Assembly (NCBI RefSeq): GCF_963921235.1
Contig: NC_086097.1
Coordinates: 119,848,001-119,912,000 of the forward strand
From: Mobula hypostoma
Lineage: Eukaryota
DNA: 64,000 nucleotides
Direction: 5' to 3'
A model generated the notes under the pieces. That model was not told where the DNA came from. It saw only the letters and a program-made list of their open reading frames with translations, and ran no database searches. Position 1 is the stretch's first letter. Each line of letters begins with the position of its first letter. Both the position numbers and the translations under genes were made by a program. Shown here in pieces: positions 47,651 to 59,754 of this stretch.

Positions 47651-49324
47651 GCCAACAGGGTGCTCCCCCTTGACAAGAAAAATATTATCCCACAAGGGTA
47701 AGACAGCTTCCACAGCAATTAAGACTTTAAGCCTGAATAGGACAATTTAATATTTACTATGTTGTGTATGTCTGTATATAGTATTTGCATTATATAATAT
47801 ACTGTGTACTTCTCTAGATGAGATGCATTCTCTATGGAGTTGCAGTTTATGGCAAAGCAGGGAGGAGTGTTGTGTATTTATTATCTTGGTATCACTTGAG
47901 TAATCTTGTACATATTGTTTGATTAAGCACTCTTGTTCATTTAAATAATTATGGGTTATATGTAAAAGTACATTAATTGCATATGTCATTTTGCTACCAC
48001 ATGATATATGTGCGCTTTGCTTAAAGTAAACTCGAACTATACTGTATTTTCAGACTTCCGTGAAGTTTCTTTGAACTAGTTTAATGTTTTGAAGTTTCAA
48101 ATCATAACAAGACCCAGGAACCTGAAATTGCTCACTCTTTCCACTTTTGATCCCTCTATGAACACAGGTGTATGTTTCCTTGTCTTATTCTTTCTGAAGT
48201 CCACTTAAAGGATCAACATGTTGTTCATGGAGGGATAAAGAGAATCTCCAAATGAATAACACTTAAAACCTTTAAGCGGATGGGCTTCTGCAGCAGAAGA
48301 CCATGAACATACACTCAATGGCCACTTTATTAGGTACAGGGGCTACCTAATAAAGTGGCCACTAAGCATATATTCAGCTCATTGGTTGCTTTCATGAGGC
48401 TGTTATGCCCGACTAGTGATAGAGAGTACTCTGATGTAAATAGGATTCTCAAAGTACGATGATATTTATCGAACAAATAATTTGTTATTCAACAAATAAC
48501 AAATTTATACAGGATACTATTGGATTGACACATGCACTATGGAAGCATTAATTGAAGCACAGTGGATTGCTACATATCTCCAATCTTGTCTTGATAGATC
48601 TGCTGCAGTGTCTTGCCCACTTTGGTAACCTATGTGTATGTCAGCAGGAGAAGAGGGATGCTACTTTGTAATATCGCAGAAACACATACAGCAGTGATTT
48701 TACCTTTGTGATTTAAGTATACTAAAGGGTCACAGAGAGGTTGTTCTACATCTGTGAGCTAACGTATATCCGACAGAAATCTTCTGCAAGCTGAAAAATG
48801 TGCACCTGATCTTTTAACCTTCAGCTCTCTGGAGTACTGCACCTGTCAAGCCAGATAGTAATTCACAACTCAAATCTGCAACTTTGAATGCTGCTAAAGC
48901 TGGAGACATTATTCTGTGTCTTAACTGAATAAGTACCCTGTCATTTCCATGATCAGATAGAGAATAAATAAAATAACAAGGCCTCCCTCTAATGATTAGC
49001 CAGCAGGCAGGTTGTTAGCTTAATATGTAGATTGTCCACTGGCCCAATACCACTTGATTGATGAGGTCAGGTGAGCTTCAGGGAATGATAATTAGTTTAA
49101 AATGACCACAGTAATATTGATCACATTTAATGCAGGAATTATTTATGGTCAAGTACGACAGCTGTACTTTTATGCCACATTTTGTGTTGCAGCTTATGGT
49201 TTACAATACAATAAAATAAAATCTTTTCCCATTTAGACATCTGGTATCAACTTTAAACACAACCAGTTGGGGTGTAGTGCAGGTATTTCTGATCATTTTC
49301 CAGGGACAGCTTCACCACAACACT

Positions 49325-52300
49325 ATCTGATAGAGGTGATAGAGAGGAGTTGCAGGCAGGTGGTCACGCCGGGGCCACGGGAGGCAGACAAGTGGGTCAC
49401 AGTTAGGAGGGGGAAGGGGAAAAGTCAGGTAATAGGGAGTACCCCGGTGACTGTACCCCTTAACAACAGGTACTCCTGTTTGAGTACTGTTGGGGGGGAC
49501 AGCTTACCCGGGGGAAGCGACAGTGGCCGTGCCTCCGGCACAGAGTCTGGCCCTGTAGCTCAGAAGGGTAGGGCAAGGAAGAGGAGGGCAGTTGTGATAG
49601 GGGACTCGATAGTCAGGGGGTCAGATAGGCGATTCTGTGGACGCAGTCCAGAGACCCGGATGGTAGTTTGCCTCCCTGGTGCCAGGGTCCGGGATATTTC
49701 TGATCGTGCCAAGATATCCTGAAGTGGGAGGGTGAGAAGCCAGAGGTCGTGGTACATATAGGTACCAATGACATAGGTAGGAAAAGGGATGAGGTCCTGA
49801 AACGAGAATATAGGGAGCTAGGAAGGGAGTTGAGAAAAAAGACCGCAAAGGTAGTAATCTCGGGATTGCTGCCTGTGCCACGCGACAGTGAGAGTAGGAA
49901 TGCGATGAGGTGGAGGATAAATGCGTGGCTGAGGGATTGGAGCAGGGGGCAGGGATTCAAGTTTTTGGATCATTGGGACCTCTTTTGGCGCAGGCGTGAC
50001 CAGTACAAAAAGGACGGGTTACACTTGAATCCTAGGGGGACCAATATCCTGGCAGGGAGATTAGCAGGGGCTACTGAGGTGACTTTAAAGTAGAATGGTT
50101 GGGGGGTGGGAATCAAATTAAAGAGGCTGGGCGTGAGGAGGTTAGTTCACAACAGGGGAATGGGAACCAGTGCAGAGAGACAGAGGGGTGTAAAGTGAGG
50201 GTAGAAGCAAAAAGTACTAAGGAGAAAAGTAAAAGTGGCAGGCCGACAAATCCAGGGCAAGCATTAAAAAGGGCCACTTTTCAACATAATTGTATAAGGG
50301 CTAAGAGAGTTGTAAAAGAGCGCCTGAAGGCTTTGTGTGTCAATGCAAGGAGCATTCGTAATAAGGTGGATGAATTGAAAGTGCAGATTGTTATTAATGA
50401 TTATGATATAGTTGGGATCACAGAGACATGGCTCCAGGGTGACCAGGGATGGGAGCTCAACGTTCAGGGATATTCAATATTCAGGAGGGATAGACATGAA
50501 GGAAGGGGAGGTGGGGTGGCGTTGCTGGTTAAAGAAGAGATTAACGCAATAGGAAGGAAGGACATAAGCCGGGAAGATGTGGAATCGATATGGGTAGAGC
50601 TGCGTAACACTAAGGGGCAGAAGACGCTGGTGGGAGTTGTGTACAGGCCACCTAACAGTAGTAGTGAGATCGGAGATGGTATTAAACAGGAAATTAGAAA
50701 TGTGTGCAATAATGGAACAGCAGTTATGATGGATGACTTCAATCTACATGTAGATTGGGTGAACCAAATTGGTAAAGGTGCTGAGGAAGAGGATTTCTTG
50801 GAATGTATGCGGGATGGTTTTTTGAACCAACATGTCAAGGAACCAACTGGAGAGCAGGCTATTCTGGACTGGGTTTTGAGCAATGAGGAAGGGTTAATTA
50901 GCGATCTTGTCGTGAGAGGCCCCTTGGGTAAGAGTGACCATAATATGGTGGAATTCTTCATTAATATGGAGATTGACATAGTTAATTCAGAAACAAAGGT
51001 TCTGAACTTAAAGAGGGGTAACTTTGAAGGTATGAGACGTGAATTAGCTAAGATAGACTGGCAAATGACACTTAAAGGATTGACGGTGGATATGCAATGG
51101 CAAGCATTTAAAGGTTGCATGGATGAACTACAACAATTGTTCATCCCAGTTTGGCAAAAGAATAAATCAAGGAAGGTAGTGCACCCGTGGCTGACAAGAG
51201 AAATTAGGGATAGTATCAATTCCAAAGAAGAAGCATACAAATTAGCCAGAGAAAGTGGCTCACCTGAGGACTGGGAGAAATTCAGAGTTCAGCAGAGGAG
51301 GACAAAGGGCTTAATTAGGAAGGGGAAAAAAGATTATGAGAGAAAACTGGCAAGGAACATAAAAACGGATTGTAAAAGCTTTTATAGATATGTAAAAAGG
51401 AAAAGACTGGTGAAGACAAATGTAGGTCCCCTGCAGACAGAAACAGGTGAATTGATTATGGGGAGCAAGGACATGGCAGACCAATTGAATAATTACTTTG
51501 GTTCTGTCTTCACTGAGGAGGACATAAATAATCTTCCAGAAATAGTAGGGGACAGAGGGTCCAGTGAGATGGAGGAACTGAGCGAAATACATGTTAGTAG
51601 GGAAGTGGTATTAGGTAAATTGAAGGGATTGAAGGCAGATAAATCCCCAGGGCCAGATGGTCTGCATCCTGGAGTGCTTAAGGAAGTAACCCAAGAAATA
51701 GTGGATGCATTAGTGATAATTTTTCAAAACTCGTTAGATTCTGGACTAGTTCCTGAGGATTGGAGGGTGGCTAATGTAACCCCACTTTTTAAAAAAGGAG
51801 GGAGAGAGAAACCGGGGAATTATAGACCGGTTAGCCTAACGTCGGTGGTGGGGAAACTGCTGGAGTCAGTTATCAAGGATGTGATAACAGCACATTTGGA
51901 AAGCGGTGAAAAGATCGGACAAAGTCAGCATGGATTTGTGAAAGGAAAATCATGTCTGACGAATCTCATAGAATTTTTTGAGGATGTAACTAGTAGAGTG
52001 GATAGGGGAGAACCAGTGGATGTGGTATATTTGGATTTTCAAAAGGCTTTTGACAAGGTCCCACACAGGAGATTAGTGTGCAAACTTAAAGCACACGGTA
52101 TTGGGGGTAAGGTATTGGTGTGGGTGGAGAATTGGTTAGCAGACAGGAAGCAAAGAGTGGGAATAAACGGGACCTTTTCAGAATGGCAGGCGGTGACTAG
52201 TGGGGTACCGAAAGGCTCAGTGCTGGGACCACAGTTGTTTACAATATATATTAATGACTTGGATAAGGGAATTAAATGCAGCACCTCCAAATTTGCGGAT

Positions 52301-53230
52301 GACACGAAGCTGGGTGGCAGTGTTAGCTGTGAGGAGGATGCTAAGAGGATGCAGGGTGACTTGGATAGGTTGGGTGAGTGGGCAAATTCATGGCAGATGC
52401 AATTTAATGTGGATAAATGTGAAGTTATCCACTTTGGTGGCAAAAACAGGAAAACAGTTTATTATCTGAATGGTGGCCGATTAGGAAAAGGGGAGGTGCA
52501 ACGAGACCTGGGTGTCATTATACACCAGTCATTGAAAGTGGGCATGCAGGTACAGCAGGCGGTGAAAAAGGCGAATGGTATGCTGGCATTTATAGCAAGA
52601 GGATTCGAGTACAGGAGCAGGGAGGTACTACTGCAGTTGTACAAGGCCTTGGTGAGACCACACCTGGAGTATTGTGTGCAGTTTTGGTCCCCTAATCTGA
52701 GGAAAGACATCCTTGCCTTAGAGGGAGTACAAAGAAGTTTCACCAGATTGATTCCTGGGATGGCAGAACTTTCATATGAAGAAAGACTGGATGAACTGGG
52801 CTTGTACTCGTTGGAATTTAGAAGATTGAGGGGGGATCTGATTGAAACGTATAAGATCCTAAAGGGATTGGACAGGCTAGATGCAGGAAGATTGTTCCCG
52901 ATGTTGGGGAAGTCCAGAACGAGGGGCCACAGTTTGAGGATAGAGGGGTAGCCTTTTAGGACCGAGATTAGGAAAAACTTCTTCACACAGAGAGTGGTGA
53001 ATCTGTGGAATTCTCTGCCACAGGAAACAGTTGAGGCCAGTTCATTAGCTATATTTAAGAGGGGGTTAGATATGGCCCTTGTGGCTATGGGGATCAGGGG
53101 GTATGGAGGGAAGGCTGGGGCGGGGTTCTGAGTTGGATGATCAGCCACGATCATGATAAATGGCGGTGCAGGCTTGAAGGGCCGAATGGCCTACTCCTGC
53201 ACCTATTTTCTATGTTTCTATGTTTCTATG
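49325..53230 (+). mobile_element. CR1 (HER1-like) LINE, copy 2, 5'-truncated in ORF1, young
   Basis: Esterase half of ORF1 (GDSIVRG, CLPGA, VHIGTND, DGLHL; one frameshift at ~49710), long ORF2, (TTTCTATG)3 tail. Confidence 0.96.
50084..52951 (+). CDS. CR1 ORF2 APE endonuclease plus reverse transcriptase, ~950 aa open; premature TAG at 52949 removes the C-terminal tail
   Basis: Uninterrupted frame with NARSI, GITETW, VYRPP, SDH, NYRPVSLTS, QHGF, LDFQKAFDKV, GVPKGSVLGP, FADDTK. Copy 1 has AAG at the stop position and continues PFRTEIRKNFFTQRVVNL. Confidence 0.93.
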   Translation, partial: FKVEWLGGGNQIKEAGREEVSSQQGNGNQCRETEGCKVRVEAKSTKEKSKSGRPTNPGQALKRATFQHNCIRAKRVVKERLKALCVNARSIRNKVDELKVQIVINDYDIVGITETWLQGDQGWELNVQGYSIFRRDRHEGRGGGVALLVKEEINAIGRKDISREDVESIWVELRNTKGQKTLVGVVYRPPNSSSEIGDGIKQEIRNVCNNGTAVMMDDFNLHVDWVNQIGKGAEEEDFLECMRDGFLNQHVKEPTGEQAILDWVLSNEEGLISDLVVRGPLGKSDHNMVEFFINMEIDIVNSETKVLNLKRGNFEGMRRELAKIDWQMTLKGLTVDMQWQAFKGCMDELQQLFIPVWQKNKSRKVVHPWLTREIRDSINSKEEAYKLARESGSPEDWEKFRVQQRRTKGLIRKGKKDYERKLARNIKTDCKSFYRYVKRKRLVKTNVGPLQTETGELIMGSKDMADQLNNYFGSVFTEEDINNLPEIVGDRGSSEMEELSEIHVSREVVLGKLKGLKADKSPGPDGLHPGVLKEVTQEIVDALVIIFQNSLDSGLVPEDWRVANVTPLFKKGGREKPGNYRPVSLTSVVGKLLESVIKDVITAHLESGEKIGQSQHGFVKGKSCLTNLIEFFEDVTSRVDRGEPVDVVYLDFQKAFDKVPHRRLVCKLKAHGIGGKVLVWVENWLADRKQRVGINGTFSEWQAVTSGVPKGSVLGPQLFTIYINDLDKGIKCSTSKFADDTKLGGSVSCEEDAKRMQGDLDRLGEWANSWQMQFNVDKCEVIHFGGKNRKTVYYLNGGRLGKGEVQRDLGVIIHQSLKVGMQVQQAVKKANGMLAFIARGFEYRSREVLLQLYKALVRPHLEYCVQFWSPNLRKDILALEGVQRSFTRLIPGMAELSYEERLDELGLYSLEFRRLRGDLIETYKILKGLDRLDAGRLFPMLGKSRTRGHSLRIEG

Positions 53231-53708
53231 TCAATGCATTTTTCATCGGGGTTCAATAGAACTCAGAAGATGTGGATAGTTATTTTACGTTGTAATTAAT
53301 CGAGGTTGCTACTGCTTAGCCAGTTAGCCTTTTAGTCGAACAAGGCATTGGGCAGAAATATGGCATTTGGCAGAAATATTTTATTTGCACAATTTGTCTT
53401 CTGCACATTGGTTGTTTGTCTGTCTTTGTTTATGTATAGTTTATTTTAAATATATTCTATTGTATTTTTTTTAATTTTCCTGTATATGGCTGCAAGAAGA
53501 TGAATCCCAAGATAGTATATGGTGACATATACATACTTTAGTAATACGTTTATCTTTACCTTGACATGATTTGCCTTAGGAACGACATTTAACTTAAGTC
53601 TTAAGAACTGAAAGAAAACTTTAATGTACTTAAGAGAGGAATTTACTTCAGCTCTGCTCAGCATTAACCCTACAAGTAAAACCAAGCTGGATTTATATTG
53701 AAATAATA

Positions 53709-54511
53709 CAATGGCTTCTGGTTAATTGGTACACAATGAGAGCAGAGCATTTTGGTCCATTTAAGCAGCTGCCCAAATGAACCGAAGTTTCATGGAAATA
53801 TTAAAAGGCTTAATAAAGACAAAATACCATTTAACTGAGTTACAAGTTATGCATTTGAATAAAACACAGAACAAATTAGAAATCTATCAATACTATTACA
53901 GTATTACATGTAAACTGTGTATTAGTTCCTAATAGTTCTCAACAGAAGAATTCATCATTGCTGTGTTCTTTTGATTTAGATATCTAGTGCAGATGATGGA
54001 CTGTCTTCATCACGTTCCTGCATAAGGTCAAAACAAAAAAACAAAATGATCAAAATCACTGCTTTTTGAATCGGCACCCATCATCCCAGGTGGACTACAT
54101 AACACATGCACATGCAACTGTTGCTATTCAAAAATGGTTTGCTCTATAATGTCTAACAGCCATTTCTGGCATATCCAAGCCTGAATGATTGAAGCCACAG
54201 TAAGCAAAACAGATCTGAATTGTCTTACTGCTTATTTCTCACCAACTATCAGTGATAAAAATCACTGCTTTTTGAACACAAACACATACAAGTAGCGTTA
54301 TTTAAACATTGTTTGCTCTGGACAAATGCACACAACTGATGATAGTTAAAAACTGCTTGGCAACAGTATTCTGTCCCAATTAAACTGAATAGTACCCCAA
54401 ATAAATGAAAGGAAACTGGGCTATTTTCTCAATTAGATTTTGTTCTTTAAGATATGGTCCAACAAGCAGCTGTCTTGATTAGCTGATGGCCTAATTAACC
54501 AGAATCCACTG
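53709..54511. mobile_element. Tc1/mariner (Tigger/pogo-like) MITE
   Basis: TA-flanked TIRs caatggcttctggttaattgg / cctaattaaccagaatccactg; internal direct repeat aaaatcactgctttttgaa at ~54052 and ~54258. Confidence 0.8.
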
Positions 54512-55742
54512 TATAAAGTAGTATATACAGGCAAACAAATGCATTGTGATTGCCATGATTACCCATTGCAAATTGTTTCCTTTTGGTCTACTTTGCCTTT
54601 TTCACTATGCATTTTGGCTATTTTGAGGGCTATTTCTCACCAATGGAATCCTACAGGGTAACAAATGAAGAAGAGCAGGGTCAAGTACATCCTTATTAAC
54701 CAGACTGTGTCAACTGCTATTAGAAGACAAAAAGAAAATATATGTTGCAGATTTATACAGATGTATCACTGCTTTATTTTTAATTTGAATTTGAGTGATA
54801 ATCAACAGTTGTAGGTAACAGGTTGTAGAAATTGTATGTAATTAACCAAATCCTAATCATGGTGTTAAAGGCAAATCTGTAATTTATTTTGCTCTACCTC
54901 AGTCAACAGTGCCCTTACTATTTATTGCTTGCTCACATCACGTAATAGAAATTCAAACAACACATACTTCTGCTAAAATCACCAATGTCACTTTCAGGGT
55001 GGTGTTATACATGGAAGCAGAACAATTCTGCTCACAAAAATTGCAGATCTGAAATTCTTCATCTTTGTGATTTTTCACAGGAATCATTATTGTGTATTAA
55101 TGCTGTTTCTTTTAACTCACTGAGAGACAGTAATACAATTTCTAGCATTGTATTCTTTAGACCAAAAGGTCTTGCCTCATACTCATTCTCTGTACCACAA
55201 AGCAGAAGGTAGCAGATTGCTGCATTCACCAAAAATATGAATTACATATGTTTTTGTTGGTGCAATTTGCAAATTAAAACTTGCACTCCTATCCTTTATC
55301 TAACTCATTGACTGAATATTGGACTGAAGGGTGCAATCACTATTCTCCTTTCATGGCTAGAGAGGTTTATTGCTAACCTCAGCTTTCTGGCAAAGCAGCA
55401 CAATCTTTCCAAAGGGTCCAAATTGTTTGTGACAAAGTTAAACTTTTAACAAATATTCCTTGCTCAACTTCTTGTTGCAAACAAGGGCCAATCTTCAGTT
55501 CAATGTAATTTGCGAGCAGTAATCTGTTTGAAGTTCAAATGACATCTGGACTGTGTTAAGATCTGTGTTTTGCAAAAGGAAGTAACCATGCAAGTGCAAG
55601 ACAATGGAACTATGTTAATTGTCCTACCTTAAACCAGGCAACTACAGCTAAATTATTTGCATCATTGTCTTCGGAAGCTTTTAGACCTTCTTTGTAAACT
55701 ACTTTGTCCCAGCAAAGGTATCTGGAAAACACCACATGCAAA

Positions 55743-55899
55743 TGATGTCATCTAGTAGCAAACAGTATAAATATTAGGAAGCATTGGGGAAAACTTGGGG
55801 AAAATGACAGAAAGAAGGAGTGACAGAAAGAAGAACTAGAATTCATTCTTCAGTCTTCAGTTCTGCGGTGGATGACTCCTTTGCAACTCATTGGTATGT
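55743..55899 (+). promoter_or_regulatory. Candidate promoter and non-coding first exon
   Basis: CRE/ATF-like tgatgtca at 55743, TATAAATA at ~55766, donor-like TG|gtatgt at 55894; unique, TE-free context. Confidence 0.25.
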
Positions 55900-56555
55900 T
55901 CTTTTAGTTCATAAAAATTGTACCCATGTTTTTACATTTTTTGTAATTTGGAGATCTTTTATAAATCAGAACCTCTTTTATTAGGGTTCAATTTATGATA
56001 AAATTATTTGTCAAACTATTTGTCTAAATTTAAATGTGCATCATTAATAATAAAATAAATGGTGTTTAAACTACTTTGTTAGCTGGAAGTATCTCTTCCT
56101 TGGTAGGGAGGGAAAACCACCACTTAAATAGATATTGGAAGCTAAATCTCACTGCAGACACTAGACAGGGAAGTAAGCTAGTCCTTGAAAAGTAGGTGGA
56201 TAGAGCTTAACCAGTGAAAATACCTGTAGATATTTATATCAGATAGAGCTTAAAATTTTCTTATGAGTTTGGGGCTTTGCAGATAGGGAACCCAATACCA
56301 TCACGAGGGAAGCTGTTGGTCACCATTTCTAATCGCTCTAGAAAACTCCTTTCTCTATCATAAAGTTATTATTAAAATGTGCCATTGTCTCCAATAATTT
56401 AACATGTCTCAACTATCTACAATAATGGTAGGTATGGACTGTTTTCAAATATTTTTCTATAATTAACATCTGTTAACTCGGTGAATGTTCCTCTGTTAGT
56501 ACTGACTTGGTGGTCCATAACACATAAAGCCGACTTTTATCTATATTCTCCACAG

Positions 56556-56563
56556 AATGCAAG
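56556..56563 (+). other. Candidate 8-nt microexon, or 3' end of a longer exon
   Basis: cttttatctatattctccacag|AATGCAAG|gtaagt. Confidence 0.35.
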
Positions 56564-58389
56564 GTAAGTACTAATATTGTAAGTATTAATATTTTCAGGT
56601 TCATTTTTTATGTCTTGCTTTTCCTCCTTCTTTAAAAAATGGATTGCATTCTTTTTCATCTAAGCTGTCTTCAATACCAGTAGAGCTCTGAAAAGTGATA
56701 TTTTAACTCTGTGGGATATGCTCACACAAGAGACTGGCAGGGAAGCAAATATGAAAGCCGAGGTCAGGAGAGAATTCAGCTTGTAATTGTCCTTTCTAGC
56801 TGCAGCCTCTGACACCCGCTTTCCTCACTCAAATTATTATGGAAACATGCATTTTGCTGCAGGACATCATCTACTCCTGGAAGTCCACAAGCAAGCAGCA
56901 AATTAAAGCATAGAAACAAATGCTGACAAATGTATGGATACCAATGCACTCAGTATTCAGGTTAAGGTCACTGATTTGGTGATGGTTCTGAATTCTTTGG
57001 TGGCTCTTTAATGCCTTTATTTTTTCAATGTTTAAATCTGGCCTCAGGCCCTCCCAAAACCATGAGCTTTGACTTGATACATCTGCCTCGAGTGTGCTTC
57101 AGTGAGCAGAATTTGGATGCATGACTTCAGCATGTACAGTGTAGCTAATTTCCCAGGAGGCATCAATGTTGCTCATATCGGAATATATTATTTTCTTTCT
57201 AACGGCTTTCACTTAATAGCCCTCTGTGAAATGGTTTTGAAAAGAGCGAGACAATGCAGCAAAATAAAGAAATGGAGAAGGCTGAGAGTGCTCGGTGTGT
57301 TGGAGATTATCAGCGGAGAGGGAACAGTTAAATAAATCTCCTGCAGGACTGAGGTAAGTTAGAGCTGAAAAAACTTTCAACATTGAACAACACCATGCAG
57401 CAACAGTCTCCTCAGCCAACAAAGATGTGCTTAACTAATTAAGTTAGTAATTTTAAAGCCTTTTAAACTAGTCCCTTCTACCTGCACAAGTCTACACCCC
57501 TTCCATTCTCAGCATATTCATGCACCTGCTAAATGCCACGATTGTTTAAGTTAGGTTTTCATAAATTGTATTGTATTTCTTTATTGTCTTGCAAACGCAT
57601 GAAAGAAGTGAATCTCAAGGTAGCATAGGGTAAAATTAACATATGTTGATAGTAAATTTACTTTGACTGTAAATTTGACAGTCCACCAGAGGCAAAGCGC
57701 TCCCCACCATTGAGCACATCTACGAGGAGGGCTGTCACAAGAACGCAGCATTCATCATCAAGGACCCACACCATGCTGACCATGCTCTCTTCTTGCTGCT
57801 GTATCAGGCAGGGGATAAAGGAGTCTGAGGTCCCACACCATCAGGTTCAAGAACAGTTATTATCCTACGGCCATCAGGCTGCTGAGCAGTATGGATAACT
57901 TCACTCACTTCAACTCTGAACCGGTTCCACAACCTATAGACTCACTTTCAAGCACCTTACAACTCTTGTTCTAAGCTTTATCTATCTATTTATCTATGTA
58001 TCTAAAACAAGTTAAATATCGCAAACATTTGTTGTGAAATTTGTTGTTTTGTGGTTGCAGTACAGTGCAATGCATAGTAATAAACAACTATAAATTACAA
58101 TACGTATATAAAAATTTATCTAAATAATAGTGCAAAAGTGAGGGAAAATACTGAGGAAATGATTTTGTTGCTATTTTGGGTGATTTTCATTGGGGTGGCC
58201 TGCAGATAATGAACAACACAGTACTAAAGAGAACTGAACTGAATTGAACTGAATATGCCTGGACTCTTTGGATTTTGTGTTTAATTTTCTGTATTTTCTG
58301 CTCTTTATTTTTGTTGTTTGCACGATTTTTTTTGCGCCAGGGGTGCATTTGATGTCTTTCTTTGAATAGGTTCCACAATTTTAAACATT

Positions 58390-59660
58390 AGACCATAAGA
58401 TATAGGAGCAGAATTAGGTCATTTCATCATGGCTGATCCATTTTCCCTCTCATGCCCTAACCAATCAAGAATCAATCAACCTCTGCCTTAAATATACTTA
58501 AAGACTTGGCTTCCACAGCTGCCTGTGGCAATGAATTCCATAGATTTGCCACCTTCTGACCAATGAAATTCCTCCTTATCTCAGTTCTAAAAGGATGCCA
58601 CTCTATTCTGAGGCTGCGTCCTCTAGTTCTAGACTCTCCCACCATAGGAAACATCTCCTCCACATCCACTCTATTGAGGCCTTTCAACATTTGATAGGTT
58701 TCTATTAGGTCACCACATGGCCAAGTGGTTAAGGCGTTCGTCTAGTTATCTCAAGGTCGCTAGTTCGAGCCTCAGCTGTGGCAGCATGTTTGTGCCCTTG
58801 AGCAAGGTACTTAATCGCACATTGCTCTAGTCTGTGCGTGAAATGGCGCTCAACATAGACTTCCAATCTGTGCCTTGTAAGGCATGAAAATGCCCGACGC
58901 AGGCCTCTCATGGTCTGAGTCAGTGTTCCCCTCCCCATCACTCAATCTTCTGAATTCCGGTAAACAAAAGCCCAAAGCCATCAAACACTCTTCATATGAC
59001 AAGCTGTTCAATCCTGGAATTATTTTCATGAATCTCCTTTGATCCCTCTCCAGTGTCAGCTCATCCTTTCTAAGATAAGCGGCCCAAAACTGCTCACAAT
59101 ACTCCAAATGAGGACTCACTGGTGATTTATAAAACCTCAACATTACATCTTTGCTTTTATATTTTAGAACTCTTGAAATTAATGTTAATATTGCATTGCA
59201 TTTGCTTTCCTCACCACAGACTCAAGCTGCAAATTAACCTTTAATCCAGCACTGGACTCCTAAGTCCCTTTGTGGCTCAGATTTGTGAATTTTCTCTTCA
59301 TTTAGAAGATAGTCTACCCTTTTATTTCTTCTACCAAAGTGCAGGACTATGCATTCCCTGACACTGTATTCCATCTGCCAATTCTTTGCCCATTCTCTTA
59401 ATCTGTCTGTCCTTCTGTAAACTGTCTTATATCCTCAGAACTACCTGCCTATTTAGCATCTTTGTATTGTCTGCAAATTTTGCCACAAAGCCATCAATTC
59501 CATAATCGAAATCCTTGACATATAACAAAAAAAAAAGAAGCCATCCCAACACACACCACTGTGGAACATTACTGGACACTGGCAGCCAACCAGAAGAGGC
59601 TCCCTTTATTCCCACTCTTTGCTTCCTGCCAATCAGCCGCTGCTTTATCCATGCTGGTAT
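58390..59660 (-). mobile_element. CR1 3' portion, degenerate
   Basis: Encodes RKQRVGIKG...KFADNTK, VSPHLEYCEQFW, SRTRGRSLRI; CR1-type tail. Confidence 0.88.
58714..58940 (+). mobile_element. tRNA-derived SINE inserted in CR1
   Basis: A box tggccaagtgg, B box agttcgagcc, CORE-like gtgcccttgagcaaggtacttaa. Confidence 0.8.
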
Positions 59661-59754
59661 ATTTCTTTGTTTCATCGCTGTCTGTGGGAAAGATGGATCT
59701 CAGGGTTGTATACTGCATGCATACTTTGATAATAAATGTATTTCAATCCATGTG

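Larger units (their letters stand above)
45590..48109 (+). mobile_element. Gypsy LTR retrotransposon lacking pol
   Basis: 5' LTR 45590-45835 and 3' LTR 47868-48109 (TGTTGT...ATAACA); PBS-like ttggtgatgag; PPT gcagggaggag; TSD acacc/agacc. Confidence 0.92.
44934..48210 (-). mobile_element. Rex1/Babar 3' fragment (44934-45589 plus 48110-48210) split by a Gypsy element
   Basis: (GAATCA)n tail at 44934; encodes ESRLTVCITVWY...KKAASIIKD; gttgacacc|...|agacccaggaac rejoins as in 20275-20292. Confidence 0.85.
44507..48367 (+). mobile_element. Non-autonomous Tc1/mariner element (44507-44933 plus ~48238-48367) hosting nested insertions
   Basis: TIRs cactcagtagctactttattaggta / tacctaataaagtggccactaag; both halves are collinear with 22901-24112. 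Confidence 0.85.

Noticed and set aside
50464..53154. Long minus-strand ORFs (258, 134 and 230 aa)
   Set aside because: Antisense shadows of CR1 ORF2, repeated in each copy.
58714..58790. tRNA gene (also 13460-13540)
   Set aside because: SINE head: continues into a SINE body, lacks a convincing acceptor stem, and is inserted within other TEs.
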